Shown: positions 1 to 9,280 of the stretch, piece after piece
Numbering within the stretch: the stretch's first letter is position 1
How the letters are laid out: each line of letters begins with the position of its first letter
Origin: a virus
IMG/VR virus record: IMGVR_UViG_3300032144_000003
Coordinates: 1-64,000 of that record
Strand: one strand, 5' to 3'
Length of the DNA: 64,000 bases
Notes under the pieces: model-generated
Told to the model about the DNA's origin: nothing
Seen by the model: only the letters and a program-made list of their open reading frames with translations
Databases searched by the model: none
Made by a program: the position numbers and the translations under genes

Positions 1-2
1 CA

Positions 3-173
3 ATGGCTGCGTGGATTCAGACGACCGCGACGGCCTCGAATCCGACGCTCTCGTGGGGTGCGAGCGGACAGGCGGCGGCTTCTCAGGTTGTATTCAAGTC
101 AGATTCTGGTGGTGGCGGCGGCGGAGTGACGCCTCTCGTCTCCAAGGGATTGCTTTTGGGAGTTGGAATCTAA
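3..173 (+). CDS. 3' end of an upstream phage gene (partial, enters from window edge)
   Basis: The frame is open from the window edge and ends ...VTPLVSKGLLLGVGI. TAA 171-173 overlaps the next ATG (TAATG coupling). Confidence 0.35.
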   Translation: MAAWIQTTATASNPTLSWGASGQAAASQVVFKSDSGGGGGGVTPLVSKGLLLGVGI

Positions 174-694
174 TGGCCGACAATATCACACTCAATTCAG
201 GTTCCGGCGGCGCGGTCCTCAAGACAGACGACGACGGCACGGCGCATTGGCAGGAAGTCAAGGTGGCGTTTGGCGCTGACGGCACGCAGACGCGCGTCAC
301 TGCGTCCGCCCCACTGCCAGTGACGGAGTACCCAGTCACAACCGGCGGACTGAGCGTCTTCAAGGGACTTGACGTTGACGAGTCCGAAGACGAAGTGAAA
401 GGCAGTGCCGGACAAGTCTACGGCATTCATGCCATGAACCTCGCGAACGCCAAGCGATATCTCAAATTCTACAACGACACAGCGGCGAACGTCTCCGTGG
501 GAACAACCACCCCGGTAATGACGATTCCCCTGCCAACTCAAGGGGACACAAACGGCGCGGGATTTACCTGGACTATCCCGCAAGGAATTGCCTTCTCTGC
601 CGCTATCTGCGTAGCCTGTACGACGGGCATTGCAGACAACGATACCGGTGCACCGGGGGCAAATGAATGCGTCGTAACCATCTTGTACAAGTAG
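173..694 (+). CDS. hypothetical virion-associated protein
   Basis: ATG 173 is preceded by GGGAG. The product is 173 aa and beta-rich (MADNITLNSGSGG...). It sits at the head of the structural block. No catalytic motif recognised. Confidence 0.45.
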   Translation: MADNITLNSGSGGAVLKTDDDGTAHWQEVKVAFGADGTQTRVTASAPLPVTEYPVTTGGLSVFKGLDVDESEDEVKGSAGQVYGIHAMNLANAKRYLKFYNDTAANVSVGTTTPVMTIPLPTQGDTNGAGFTWTIPQGIAFSAAICVACTTGIADNDTGAPGANECVVTILYK

Positions 695-1860
695 GTCTGG
701 CAACCGTAGCAGGAGTGTTTGTCTTGGCTGCGTTAGCCTGGCTCAACAATCTGGACAATGCGGGATCGGCGTCAGGTCCGGTGACAATCACCGTGGCCGA
801 CGCGGATGTCTTTTTCTCGCCGTACAACTGGTACAAGAGCGGCTCAACCTACGCCCTGACGAACACTCCCGGCGCATACATCAAGACGCGGTTTACGGGC
901 ACGTCGTTCAAGCTGAACGTGGATGTGTCGGAGTTGACGGGAGCCTCAACATCGGCGGGAGATTACCCGCGAATCCTGTACAGCGTGAACGGCGGGGCGT
1001 GGACGTCGCGGCTTCTCACCAGTGCCGACACTCAGATTACTCTGGCTACTGGACTCGCGGATTCCACGCACAACATTGAGATCACTTTCGCAGCGGTGGC
1101 GTGGGCATCTGAAGACCGCTGGACGACTCCAGTGATGGCCCTGAAGATCACAGGCTTTGAAGTCGATACCGGCAAGGACGTGGCCACACCGACGACGTTT
1201 GCCGGTCGCATGCTTGTCTACGGCGACAGCCATACTGAAGGACACGAAGCCCTCGCGGCGGGAGTGAGCGTCACGAATCAGGACGCATCGCAGGCGTTCC
1301 CGATTCTTCTCGCGAGAGCGTTTGAATGCGAAGTCGGGATTATCGGATTCGCGGGACAGGGATACACGGCGGCCATCGGCAGCAATCACAATCTGGTCGA
1401 TGTGGAAGCGGCATGGGATGAGTATTACAGCGGGCAGTCTCGACTGAGCGGCGGACTATTGGACCCGGCCCCGGATTACATCGTCACATCACACGGAACG
1501 AACGATTCCGGTGCCAGTGACGGTGATGTCACGACGGCGGTGGAGAACCTGATCGGAGCGTGGCGGACAGCCGCACCCGACGCCACGATCTTCGTTGCCC
1601 TGCCTCCCGCACTGATCAAGGAATCAGCCATCCGGAGCGGTGTGACGAATGCCGCCGACGCGAACACGTTCGTCATCGATCATGGGGAAGCGCTCAACGT
1701 CGGTCGGTACTACAACGGCGATCACCTGTCCGTCAGGGGCCATGCGTGGTATGGGGCGGCGTTGATCGGTCTGGCGAAAGACGAACTCAACACCGGCGGC
1801 GGGGGCGTGGCGACATCGCCCATTGGGGTCGGGTCAGCCGTGATTAGAGGAGTCAACTGA
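667..1860 (+). CDS. SGNH/GDSL-family hydrolase domain protein with N-terminal membrane/signal segment (putative receptor-glycan esterase)
   Basis: Hydrophobic N-terminus VGLATVAGVFVLAALAWL. SGNH blocks are present: YGDSHTEG (I), SHGTNDS (III), GDHLSVRGH (V). Confidence 0.6.
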   Translation: MRRNHLVQVGLATVAGVFVLAALAWLNNLDNAGSASGPVTITVADADVFFSPYNWYKSGSTYALTNTPGAYIKTRFTGTSFKLNVDVSELTGASTSAGDYPRILYSVNGGAWTSRLLTSADTQITLATGLADSTHNIEITFAAVAWASEDRWTTPVMALKITGFEVDTGKDVATPTTFAGRMLVYGDSHTEGHEALAAGVSVTNQDASQAFPILLARAFECEVGIIGFAGQGYTAAIGSNHNLVDVEAAWDEYYSGQSRLSGGLLDPAPDYIVTSHGTNDSGASDGDVTTAVENLIGAWRTAAPDATIFVALPPALIKESAIRSGVTNAADANTFVIDHGEALNVGRYYNGDHLSVRGHAWYGAALIGLAKDELNTGGGGVATSPIGVGSAVIRGVN

Positions 1861-4436
1861 TGCGTGTTCCAATTGACGAAGTCGTGACGTTCGACTGCAT
1901 CACTTCCAACCCCTCTACAAGCGAAGTGTCCGATGCAGATTCTACACCGACATTCGAAGTGTTTGAGGACACTACCGACACAGATATCGGCGTAGGCGGC
2001 AATCTGACGAAGCGAACGTCCAAGACCGGGAATTACCGAGGATCGTTTACCGCGTCTGGCGCAAATGGTTTCGAGGCCGGGAAGTGGTACAACGTAATTG
2101 CCAGTGCGACGGTGGACGGGGTGGCAGGTAAGGCTCGCGTGATGCACTTCATGTGCGTTCCGGCGGAAGTCTCTCCGGGAGTGCCGCAAGTTGCCGCCGT
2201 TGCCCCCACATCCAGCCTGACATTCTTCGCCCCCTACAGCGTTCAAAACACATTCGTGTTCCGGCTCGCCAAGGCGGACGGTTCGGGGCCAGCAACCAGT
2301 TCCGATTGGACTCCGGCATCTGGTGATGTGAAGATCACCAAGCACACGGGATCGGCACCGGGAGCCACGGCCAATGTGACGAACCTGCCAGTCTATCTGT
2401 CTGATAACCTGTGGTACATCACGCTCACGGCGGCAGAACTGACGACGGCCCGCATGGCCAGTGTGGCCATCAATGACGCGGCGGTACAACCGACGATTTT
2501 GAACATCGCGACGATCAATGGCGCGGGCAGCGGTTCGCTGATTGATTACTTCGTCTCTGATGTTGAGCGGCTGTCTGGGGGAACGCTGACTGAGACGGCG
2601 GGCGGACGCATCGCGGTCAACTTCTCCAGTTGGTTCGGGTCGGGTGCGGCCACGTCGCGCAACCTGGAAACGCAACACGCACTGATGGATGGGCTGATAG
2701 TCGCTAAAGGCACGATCGGCTCCACCGGCAACAGCACGACCGCATTGCACCTGACGGGACTGCCGTTCGGCGACGACGAGATCAACGATCTACTGCTGGT
2801 CGTCCGCGATGTGTCGGCGTCGGAATATCATCCCCGCTGGATTGCCGATTGGGCGGACACTGGGGACTTGGCGACGGTGGCGACGCTGCCGTTCACGCCT
2901 GAGAACGCGGTGGACACGTACACGATCTTCGCCATCCGGCGGGACGTGACGGGGAGCGGTGGCCTCGATGCAGCGGGAGTCCGTTCGGCCATCGGCATGG
3001 CTTCCGCCAACATGGACACCCAGCTAAGCGCGATTCAATCGACAGCAGACGATGTGGAGGCGGATACCCAAGACATTCAGTCCCGCCTGCCAGTAGCGTT
3101 GGTGTCTGGGCGAATCGACTCCAGTGTCGGGGCAATGGCGGCGAACGTCCTGACGGCAACGGCCATTGCCACAGACGCTATTACCGCTGCCAAGATCGCA
3201 GCCGACGCCATCGGGGCCAGTGAACTCGCTGCGGATGCTATCGCGGAGATTCAATCGGGACTGGCCACGGCGGCTTCCATTGCAGCACTAAACAACCTGT
3301 CCGCAGCAGAGGTCAACGCCGAAGTTGACGACGCACTCGTGGAAATCCACCTCGATCACCTGTTGGCCGCCACGTACGACCCGGCATCCAAGCCCGGTGC
3401 GGCAGACGCGCTGCTCAACGAACTGGTCGAGAGTGACGGGGGAGTCTCCCGGTACACGGCGAATGCCTTGGAGCAGGCACCATCCGGTGGGGCATCCGCA
3501 GCCGACATCGCCGATGCAGTCTGGGAAGAAGCCATTGCCGATCACAGTGGCACGGCGGGCAGCACGGCGGAAGCACTCAACGCCGCTGGCTCTGCCGGTG
3601 ATCCGTGGGTCACGGCGCTGCCTGGGGCATACGGTGCAGGTTCGGCGGGCAAGATCGTGGGCGACAACCTCAACGCGGCTGTCAGTAGTCGTTCGTCTCA
3701 CAGTGCGGCGGATGTGTGGGCCGTTGGGACTCGCGTTTTGACCGCTGCCACGAACATCACCAGCACGGGCGGGACGACTGTGCCGCAAACTGGGGACAGT
3801 TTTGCCAGGCTCGGCGCTCCCGCCAATGCGTCCGTCAGTGCGGATATCGCAGCGGTCAAGGTAGACACGGCGACGACGCTGGTGGACACCAACGAACTGC
3901 AAACCGATTGGACCAACGGCGGACGGTTGGACAACATCCTCGATTCGCGGGCCAGTCAGACCAGCGTGGACACGATCGACGATCTGATTGACACGGAGAT
4001 TGCCGCGATTCAAGCCGCCATTGCCGCCCTACCGACGCGGGCGCAAATCACCGGCGGCAACTACGCCCTCGACACCGACGCCAATGGACGTATCAGAATC
4101 GTGGACGGCACTGGCACCGGTGAACTCGATACGCTGTCCGGGACGGTGCTTCTCAGAGCGGCGACGGAAAGCCAGATCGACGCGATTGAAACCGCCGTCA
4201 ACGCACTGAACGACATCTCGATTGCCGACGTTCTTCAGACGCAACTCACCGAAAGCTATGCTGCCAACGGCGTCGCCCCGACGCTGACGCAGGCAATCCT
4301 GGCCATCCATCAGGCGTTGATGGATTTCAGCATCAGCGGCACGACGTGGCAGGTGAAGCGGCTCGACAGTTCGACCAACGCCTACGCCATGACTCTTAAC
4401 GACGCGACCAACCCAACAGCAGTGGAAAGGGTGTAA
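1860..4436 (+). CDS. phage fibre protein (tail or head fibre)
   Basis: 858 aa, rich in Ala/Thr/Gly/Asp, with a repetitive segment ATAIATDAITAAKIAADAIGASELAADAIAEIQ. Start is ATGA-coupled to the esterase gene. Composition is typical of fibres. Confidence 0.55.
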   Translation: MRVPIDEVVTFDCITSNPSTSEVSDADSTPTFEVFEDTTDTDIGVGGNLTKRTSKTGNYRGSFTASGANGFEAGKWYNVIASATVDGVAGKARVMHFMCVPAEVSPGVPQVAAVAPTSSLTFFAPYSVQNTFVFRLAKADGSGPATSSDWTPASGDVKITKHTGSAPGATANVTNLPVYLSDNLWYITLTAAELTTARMASVAINDAAVQPTILNIATINGAGSGSLIDYFVSDVERLSGGTLTETAGGRIAVNFSSWFGSGAATSRNLETQHALMDGLIVAKGTIGSTGNSTTALHLTGLPFGDDEINDLLLVVRDVSASEYHPRWIADWADTGDLATVATLPFTPENAVDTYTIFAIRRDVTGSGGLDAAGVRSAIGMASANMDTQLSAIQSTADDVEADTQDIQSRLPVALVSGRIDSSVGAMAANVLTATAIATDAITAAKIAADAIGASELAADAIAEIQSGLATAASIAALNNLSAAEVNAEVDDALVEIHLDHLLAATYDPASKPGAADALLNELVESDGGVSRYTANALEQAPSGGASAADIADAVWEEAIADHSGTAGSTAEALNAAGSAGDPWVTALPGAYGAGSAGKIVGDNLNAAVSSRSSHSAADVWAVGTRVLTAATNITSTGGTTVPQTGDSFARLGAPANASVSADIAAVKVDTATTLVDTNELQTDWTNGGRLDNILDSRASQTSVDTIDDLIDTEIAAIQAAIAALPTRAQITGGNYALDTDANGRIRIVDGTGTGELDTLSGTVLLRAATESQIDAIETAVNALNDISIADVLQTQLTESYAANGVAPTLTQAILAIHQALMDFSISGTTWQVKRLDSSTNAYAMTLNDATNPTAVERV

Positions 4437-4442
4437 CCAGCC

Positions 4443-4841
4443 ATGACAGTCCAGGAAGTCCAACAGACCATCGCCCAGAAACAGGCGCGGGCGGCGCAGC
4501 TCGAAACGGAAGCCCGCCAGAACGAACAGATCGCGCGGGAGAAGCGCACCGAGCGGGAGCAGCTACGGGCGGAACTCCAGCAACTGGGGACGCAATTGCA
4601 GGACGTGCAGTTGCTGACCAGTTCACAGGAAGCCCTCAAGGCCACCCGCACGGCGCAGGCCCACGCCGAACAGCACGCGGCCAGCCTTGTCGCCAGCCGT
4701 CAGGAGTTCGACGCTCTGACTCGTCGTCAGGGAGACGCGGTGTCCCGCATGGAGGCGGGGCTGCAAAAGCTGGACGAGAAGCTCCAGCAACTGGATGAAG
4801 CACTCAACGCGGTGCGTAGCGCACAAGCCCCGGAAGCCTAA
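4443..4841 (+). CDS. coiled-coil protein (fibre-associated?)
   Basis: 132 aa, Q/E/A/L-rich with heptad-like sequence (QLETEARQNEQIAREKRTEREQLRAELQQL). Confidence 0.45.
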   Translation: MTVQEVQQTIAQKQARAAQLETEARQNEQIAREKRTEREQLRAELQQLGTQLQDVQLLTSSQEALKATRTAQAHAEQHAASLVASRQEFDALTRRQGDAVSRMEAGLQKLDEKLQQLDEALNAVRSAQAPEA

Positions 4842-4856
4842 CGCAATAACCACACG

Positions 4857-5657
4857 ATGGCTCTGAATCGTTCTATTGTGACTCGCGGGTTCGGCGTCGC
4901 CGCCGGTGGGGGCGGCGTCCCTCCCACGTTGCCCACGATCACCGTCGTCAATAACGATGACGGCACGGCCACGGTCACGATTGCCGACAGCGAAGTCACG
5001 GCCACCAACGAGGTCCGGGTCATCCGGGTCGATACGCAGTGGACGTGGAACGAGTGGCTCGACACGGGAGCCACTCGAACAGGCGATGGAAACATCATCG
5101 TCACGCTTGATCCGGGGGTCTACTGGTTTCAGGTCACGAGCGTCGGCGGGGGGAGCGAAGCCAGTTCCCTGCCAGTCTACGCCTGGGTCAGCGACGGCAC
5201 CGATCCGATCCTGATGCAGATCGTGGATGCCGTGACCGCCAAGATTATTGGCCTGAATCTGACCAGCGTAGACTCCGATCAGGTCAAAGACTTGACGGCA
5301 GTAGACGTATCCGGGCTGGGGGAACTGTCGGCCAACACGATCATGGTCGCCCCATTGGACCGGCAGTCCGTTGACCCCGGCGGGCCGACGAACGCCGATT
5401 TCATCAACTATTCCGTGCTGGTCGCCATCGCCGCCCCGGCCAACCGCAGTCATACGCGGGCGAATCGCAAGCTCTGGCTGCTGTGGCACGAACGGGTCCG
5501 ACAGGCCCTCATCACGGACAAGCTGACGATTGCCAACGGCACGATTGTCTATACCAGGCTGATCGATTCACGCCCCTATGACCGGGACTACTGGCAACGC
5601 AACGGATTCGTGGGGGCGCTGGTGTTCGGCTTCGTCGCCAAGGAGCAGCGGACATGA
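4857..5657 (+). CDS. hypothetical structural protein (Ig-like N-terminal half, possible connector/neck C-terminal half)
   Basis: 266-aa ORF in the structural block. Assignment is by position only. Confidence 0.4.
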   Translation: MALNRSIVTRGFGVAAGGGGVPPTLPTITVVNNDDGTATVTIADSEVTATNEVRVIRVDTQWTWNEWLDTGATRTGDGNIIVTLDPGVYWFQVTSVGGGSEASSLPVYAWVSDGTDPILMQIVDAVTAKIIGLNLTSVDSDQVKDLTAVDVSGLGELSANTIMVAPLDRQSVDPGGPTNADFINYSVLVAIAAPANRSHTRANRKLWLLWHERVRQALITDKLTIANGTIVYTRLIDSRPYDRDYWQRNGFVGALVFGFVAKEQRT

Positions 5658-5775
5658 CCGATCGGCAGACTACTGGAGCAATCAGCACTTGCCGTGGGGG
5701 TAGGCCCCTACGTATTCTCACGTCTGGAATACTACGAAACGTAGTAACTGTCAGCCGTCCCGTGGAGGACCAGTG

Positions 5776-6123
5776 ATGCCCGGTACAACGCCCTTTATTC
5801 CCCAGCCGAAGTTTGACCCGCACATCAAGGTCACGTGGGAGGTCCGCTGCGGCATGTTGGGACGGCAACGGATCAAGAAACTGGCCTGCCCCACGCCGGA
5901 CAGCGCCGTGCGGTACTACGCCGCCGTCCATCGTCTGGAAGTCATCTCGCGGGGCGGGAGACTGTGGGGCCGTTGGTCAAGCGGAGATGTGCGACACGAA
6001 CACCCATTCTTCGTGAACGACGAAGAATCGGCGGAAGCCAAAGACAAGTTGCAGGTGATCGATGCCCCGGACGGTGACGACGGAAGCGGACGCGCTGGCG
6101 ATGATCGACCGGCTGGAGAATGA
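5776..6123 (+). CDS. hypothetical protein
   Basis: ATG 5776 lies 6 nt after GGAGG. The track ORF begins at GTG 5773. Confidence 0.35.
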   Translation: MPGTTPFIPQPKFDPHIKVTWEVRCGMLGRQRIKKLACPTPDSAVRYYAAVHRLEVISRGGRLWGRWSSGDVRHEHPFFVNDEESAEAKDKLQVIDAPDGDDGSGRAGDDRPAGE

Positions 6124-6586
6124 ACTCAAGACACCACGGCAGAAAGCGGCGCTGCAGCGGTGGGTGGATGAAGTGCAGGTCCGGATTGGCCAGACCTTTG
6201 AACAGGAACAAGACCCGACAGGCGCAGCATGGCCGCAGTGGCAACTCCGCAGCATTCACGTTTCCTCGTCCGGAAAAAAGACGCTGCAAAGCACCGGTCT
6301 GCTGTTGGCCTCCATCGTGCAGGACATCAGCGAGCACATCGAGGACGTGTCGGAATTCGAAGCGAAGATGGGGACCAGCGTCCCGTATGCCCACAAGCAT
6401 ATGACGGGAGGGATGTTCCCCTCCACGGAATGGCTGGCCCCGAGAAGCGGCACAGGCATGATCCCGCCGGGGACGAACATCCGCATTCCGCAGCGGGAGT
6501 TCATCGGGGTCACGCCGGAGTTCGCGGAACGGGCGGATGAGTTGATCGGCGACGGAATCATGGAGCGACTGGAAGCAGTCCTGTAA
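6062..6586 (+). CDS. tail completion / virion morphogenesis protein (Mu gpG / Phage_tail_S-like)
   Basis: Motifs resemble the virion-morphogenesis family: GTSVPYAHKHMTGG ... IPQREFIGVTPEFAERADELI. It lies upstream of the tube gene. Start is uncertain (alternative ATG 6101). Confidence 0.45.
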   Translation: MPRTVTTEADALAMIDRLENELKTPRQKAALQRWVDEVQVRIGQTFEQEQDPTGAAWPQWQLRSIHVSSSGKKTLQSTGLLLASIVQDISEHIEDVSEFEAKMGTSVPYAHKHMTGGMFPSTEWLAPRSGTGMIPPGTNIRIPQREFIGVTPEFAERADELIGDGIMERLEAVL

Positions 6587-6607
6587 GTCACCAATGGAGT
6601 ACAAGCG

Positions 6608-7522
6608 ATGGCCGAAACAGCCGGTTCACTGGCCCGCATGGCGGTTGATAGCGCCACGCCTTTTGACGTCAACAGTTTCTGGACGGAGTTCGACAGCGAG
6701 AACATCGTGTTCGATCAGCCGACGTTAGCGCGAGAGGGGATTCGCGGCACGCGCATGCGTGATTCTTCCGGTAACGTCCGGGGTGGCCTCCGGGTGGGCG
6801 GCTCCATCACCATGAACCTGACGCGATATGTTCTGGACAGCTTCCTGCCATTCGCGCTGGGGTCTGCTGAAGCTGCCAACGTGTTCGATGTGGCGGAAGC
6901 GCTGCCCGACTTCTACATGCTGCTGGACAAGAAGTTCGACATCTACTTGCTGAGTGAAGGCAAGATCGGCGGCATGACGCTGGCCGGGGAACAGAACCAA
7001 CTCGTCAAGGCCACGTTCGACACGGAGTTTGAGTCGTACACCGGCGGTCAGTCATGGCCGGGGACGTTGGTTCAGGCGGACCTGTCCAAGCCCTATTTCT
7101 TCGCCGACGCCGGGAAGATCAGTCTGCTATCCACGGACCGGGAAATCTTCGGGTTCGAAGTCAGGGTGGACAACGGCCTGTCGGCTGACCAGTGGGGGAC
7201 GAATCTCACGCGGGATGAGTTGATCATCCCCACGGACCGGATCGTGACGTGTACGCTCACCGTCTCCGGTGACAGTACCAACGCAGACCTGTTGGCGCAC
7301 ACGCTGGACGGCGAGCTAACGTCACTCGTGCTGACATCGGCCAATGAGGCCAGCAGCGTCATCACCATCACGTTCGGGCGGCTGCACATTCAGCGGGTGG
7401 TGCCGGTGATTACCAGCAAGGGTCCGATCCGGCATCAGTTGCAGGGCTTCTCCCAAGGCTACCTGCATCCCGGCCACGTGGATCACAAGCCGGACATCAA
7501 GATCACCAACGCGCATGCGTGA
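6608..7522 (+). CDS. putative major tail tube protein
   Basis: 304 aa, located between the completion protein and the chaperones. The N-terminal pattern ...EGIRGTRMRDSSGNVRGGLRVGGSITMNL... is typical of siphovirus tube proteins. No sheath gene is present. Confidence 0.45.
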   Translation: MAETAGSLARMAVDSATPFDVNSFWTEFDSENIVFDQPTLAREGIRGTRMRDSSGNVRGGLRVGGSITMNLTRYVLDSFLPFALGSAEAANVFDVAEALPDFYMLLDKKFDIYLLSEGKIGGMTLAGEQNQLVKATFDTEFESYTGGQSWPGTLVQADLSKPYFFADAGKISLLSTDREIFGFEVRVDNGLSADQWGTNLTRDELIIPTDRIVTCTLTVSGDSTNADLLAHTLDGELTSLVLTSANEASSVITITFGRLHIQRVVPVITSKGPIRHQLQGFSQGYLHPGHVDHKPDIKITNAHA

Positions 7523-7568
7523 TGACTACGAATCGTAGGGTTTATCGGCGTTACAAAGGGACATCGCA

Positions 7569-8204
7569 ATGGCAGTGCAAAGCACGACGTTGGCCGGGAT
7601 TCTGGAGATTCCAGCCGCCTCACTGACGGACGCGCACCTCTCTGGTAATGCCAACATCTCGCGCACCAAGCAGGCCCTCAACTCACAGGACTATTTCGGC
7701 ATCCCGGTGCATCTCTGGCGACAGGTGGCCGCTGGTCATCCTGTGCTGGGGACGGCGGGGTCCACGAATCTGGGGGTCGGGACTGCCGCAGCCGGGGCCA
7801 CCGGAGTAGATGTGCGCACATCCCCATCGAACGGGACGACGATCACCCAGACGGCGATGTTTGAGTTTTATTTGCCGCCGGAATATGCCGCGACGACGAA
7901 CATCTACGCCTCATTCTGGGCGGCGATGAACGTCATCTCGTCGGCGTCCTGCACACTGGACATCACCGCGTACAAGGTGGGGACGGATGGGGCGCACGGA
8001 TCGGACCTGAACTCGACATCCGCCATCGATATCCGCACGGTTACGTATGCCGAGCGAGTCTTCACGATCGACGGTTCCGGACTGTCGCCGGGAGACAAGC
8101 TGGAAATCTACGTGACGGTGGCCGCGACGGACGGCGGCGGCGCAGGGACCGACAAGTACGCCAAGATTGTCAAGACCGGCGTCAAATGTGATTGCCGGGG
8201 ATAA
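7569..8204 (+). CDS. hypothetical structural protein
   Basis: 211-aa ORF between the tube and chaperone genes. Confidence 0.4.
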   Translation: MAVQSTTLAGILEIPAASLTDAHLSGNANISRTKQALNSQDYFGIPVHLWRQVAAGHPVLGTAGSTNLGVGTAAAGATGVDVRTSPSNGTTITQTAMFEFYLPPEYAATTNIYASFWAAMNVISSASCTLDITAYKVGTDGAHGSDLNSTSAIDIRTVTYAERVFTIDGSGLSPGDKLEIYVTVAATDGGGAGTDKYAKIVKTGVKCDCRG

Positions 8205-8240
8205 GCACGGTTTTCAGTTCTCAGGAGCGACACGCACGCA

Positions 8241-8627
8241 ATGCCCATTCATCTGTTTATCGAGGACGGTCAGGTCTACGACGGCTGCATTTCCAATGTG
8301 CAGGGCCATCCGCTGACGCCGCCGCTGACGTTCAAGTTTCGGCCCGCCGACTACATGGACCTCAACCGGCACTATGACGCCGTGGCCAAAGATGAGGCGT
8401 TGGGCAAGCTGCCGGAGAGCGAGAAGGACGCGGCGGCGAATCTGAGACTGATTGCCGAGCGACTCCAGTCATGGAGCGCCGCCGGGCCTCTGAACGTGGA
8501 CCGTCTCCGCAGGCTGAATCCATTCGTGGCGTCACGTCTGTACCGGATCGTGATTGGCAACGATGCGAGCGATCCACTGCCGGACGGAACGACGCCTGAG
8601 ACGCCGGAGAACGCCGCAAAAAACTGA
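8241..8627 (+). CDS. tail assembly chaperone (gpG analogue)
   Basis: It lies immediately upstream of the tape measure and ends ...GCA AAA AAC TGA, with a slippery heptamer in the last codons. Confidence 0.6.
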   Translation: MPIHLFIEDGQVYDGCISNVQGHPLTPPLTFKFRPADYMDLNRHYDAVAKDEALGKLPESEKDAAANLRLIAERLQSWSAAGPLNVDRLRRLNPFVASRLYRIVIGNDASDPLPDGTTPETPENAAKN

Positions 8628-9031
8628 TCCTGGGGGTGGAACTGTTGCAGCTTCATCCCGAGGTCTACCGCCGCGACTGCTCACTGTGCCTGAAGTATGC
8701 GTGGGATGAAGAGAAGGGAGTGATGAACAAGGATGGACGGGGGAATCCGATTGAAAGGCCCCCCCTGACGTACGCTCCGTGCCGCAAGCCGAAGGGGAGC
8801 GAGTGCCCCAAGGGTTGCCCGGAAAAGCCCAACACGCTGACCAACCGCAGCCGGATGTTGTGGCGACGGTTTCAGGAGTGCAAGTTGACCGGACGCTGGC
8901 CGGAGGATCACTGGACGATTGCCTTGTACGCACAACTGGACGACCTCGTCAGGCGGTGCGATGAGATCAAGGCCAGCCGGTCGAGGACGGCGGAGATGCA
9001 GATCATCCTGGCGTCGGTCATTGGAAGATGA
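8241..9031 (+). CDS. tail assembly chaperone G-T fusion made by -1 programmed frameshift
   Basis: The -1 frame is open across the G stop. After a slip at A_AAA_AAC it reads K-K-L-I-L-G-V-E-L-L-Q..., joining the 8636-9031 ORF. This matches the conserved dsDNA-phage G/GT arrangement. Confidence 0.55.
8618..8624 (+). other. -1 ribosomal frameshift slippery heptamer A_AAA_AAC
   Basis: X_XXY_YYZ in the zero frame of the chaperone gene, 1 nt before its stop. The downstream ORF is in the -1 frame. Confidence 0.6.
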
Positions 9032-9263
9032 GTTGCCAGAAGTAGACCACGAGAAACCCCACACACCCCCAACCGATCATGTTCACCAGCGTTCTGAGTT
9101 CCTTGGCTTCTGCTGAGACGGGCGGTTCGGCGGGCTTTGATGACGACCCGTATTTCTTGTTGTGCCAGTAAGCGATGCCAGCGAACAGGCCACCAAAAGC
9201 AACCACAACCATGACAAGCACTGCAATGCCTTGATCGATGCCTTGTTGGTCTGCACCTTCCAT
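9018..9263 (-). CDS. small two-TM membrane protein (antisense moron between chaperone and tape measure)
   Basis: ATG (rc) at 9263 lies 8 nt after GGGAGA. Two hydrophobic spans are present (IAVLVMVVVAFGGLFAGIAYW; MIGWGCVGFLVVYFWQLIF). It fills an otherwise non-coding 250-bp gap. Confidence 0.5.
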   Translation of the reverse strand: MEGADQQGIDQGIAVLVMVVVAFGGLFAGIAYWHNKKYGSSSKPAEPPVSAEAKELRTLVNMIGWGCVGFLVVYFWQLIFQ

Positions 9264-9280
9264 TTTGAGAGTCTCCCGCG

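Noticed and set aside
1722-2750. Long - strand ORFs opposite strong + strand genes: 1722-2750, 3288-4013, 9083-9907, 13770-14750, 15971-17323, 17938-19098, 41296-42252 and 51209-52492.
   Set aside because: Their Arg/Pro/Gly/His-rich, low-complexity translations are typical of shadow ORFs in GC-rich DNA. Each lies fully inside a + strand gene that has recognisable motifs or operon coupling.
5732-5765. Reading the CTACGAAACGTAG palindromes as ECF-type promoters (GAAAC-N15-CGTC and similar).
   Set aside because: The spacing to the CGT box varies (15, 14, 12 nt) between copies. At 5760 the implied start site would fall downstream of the gene's SD.
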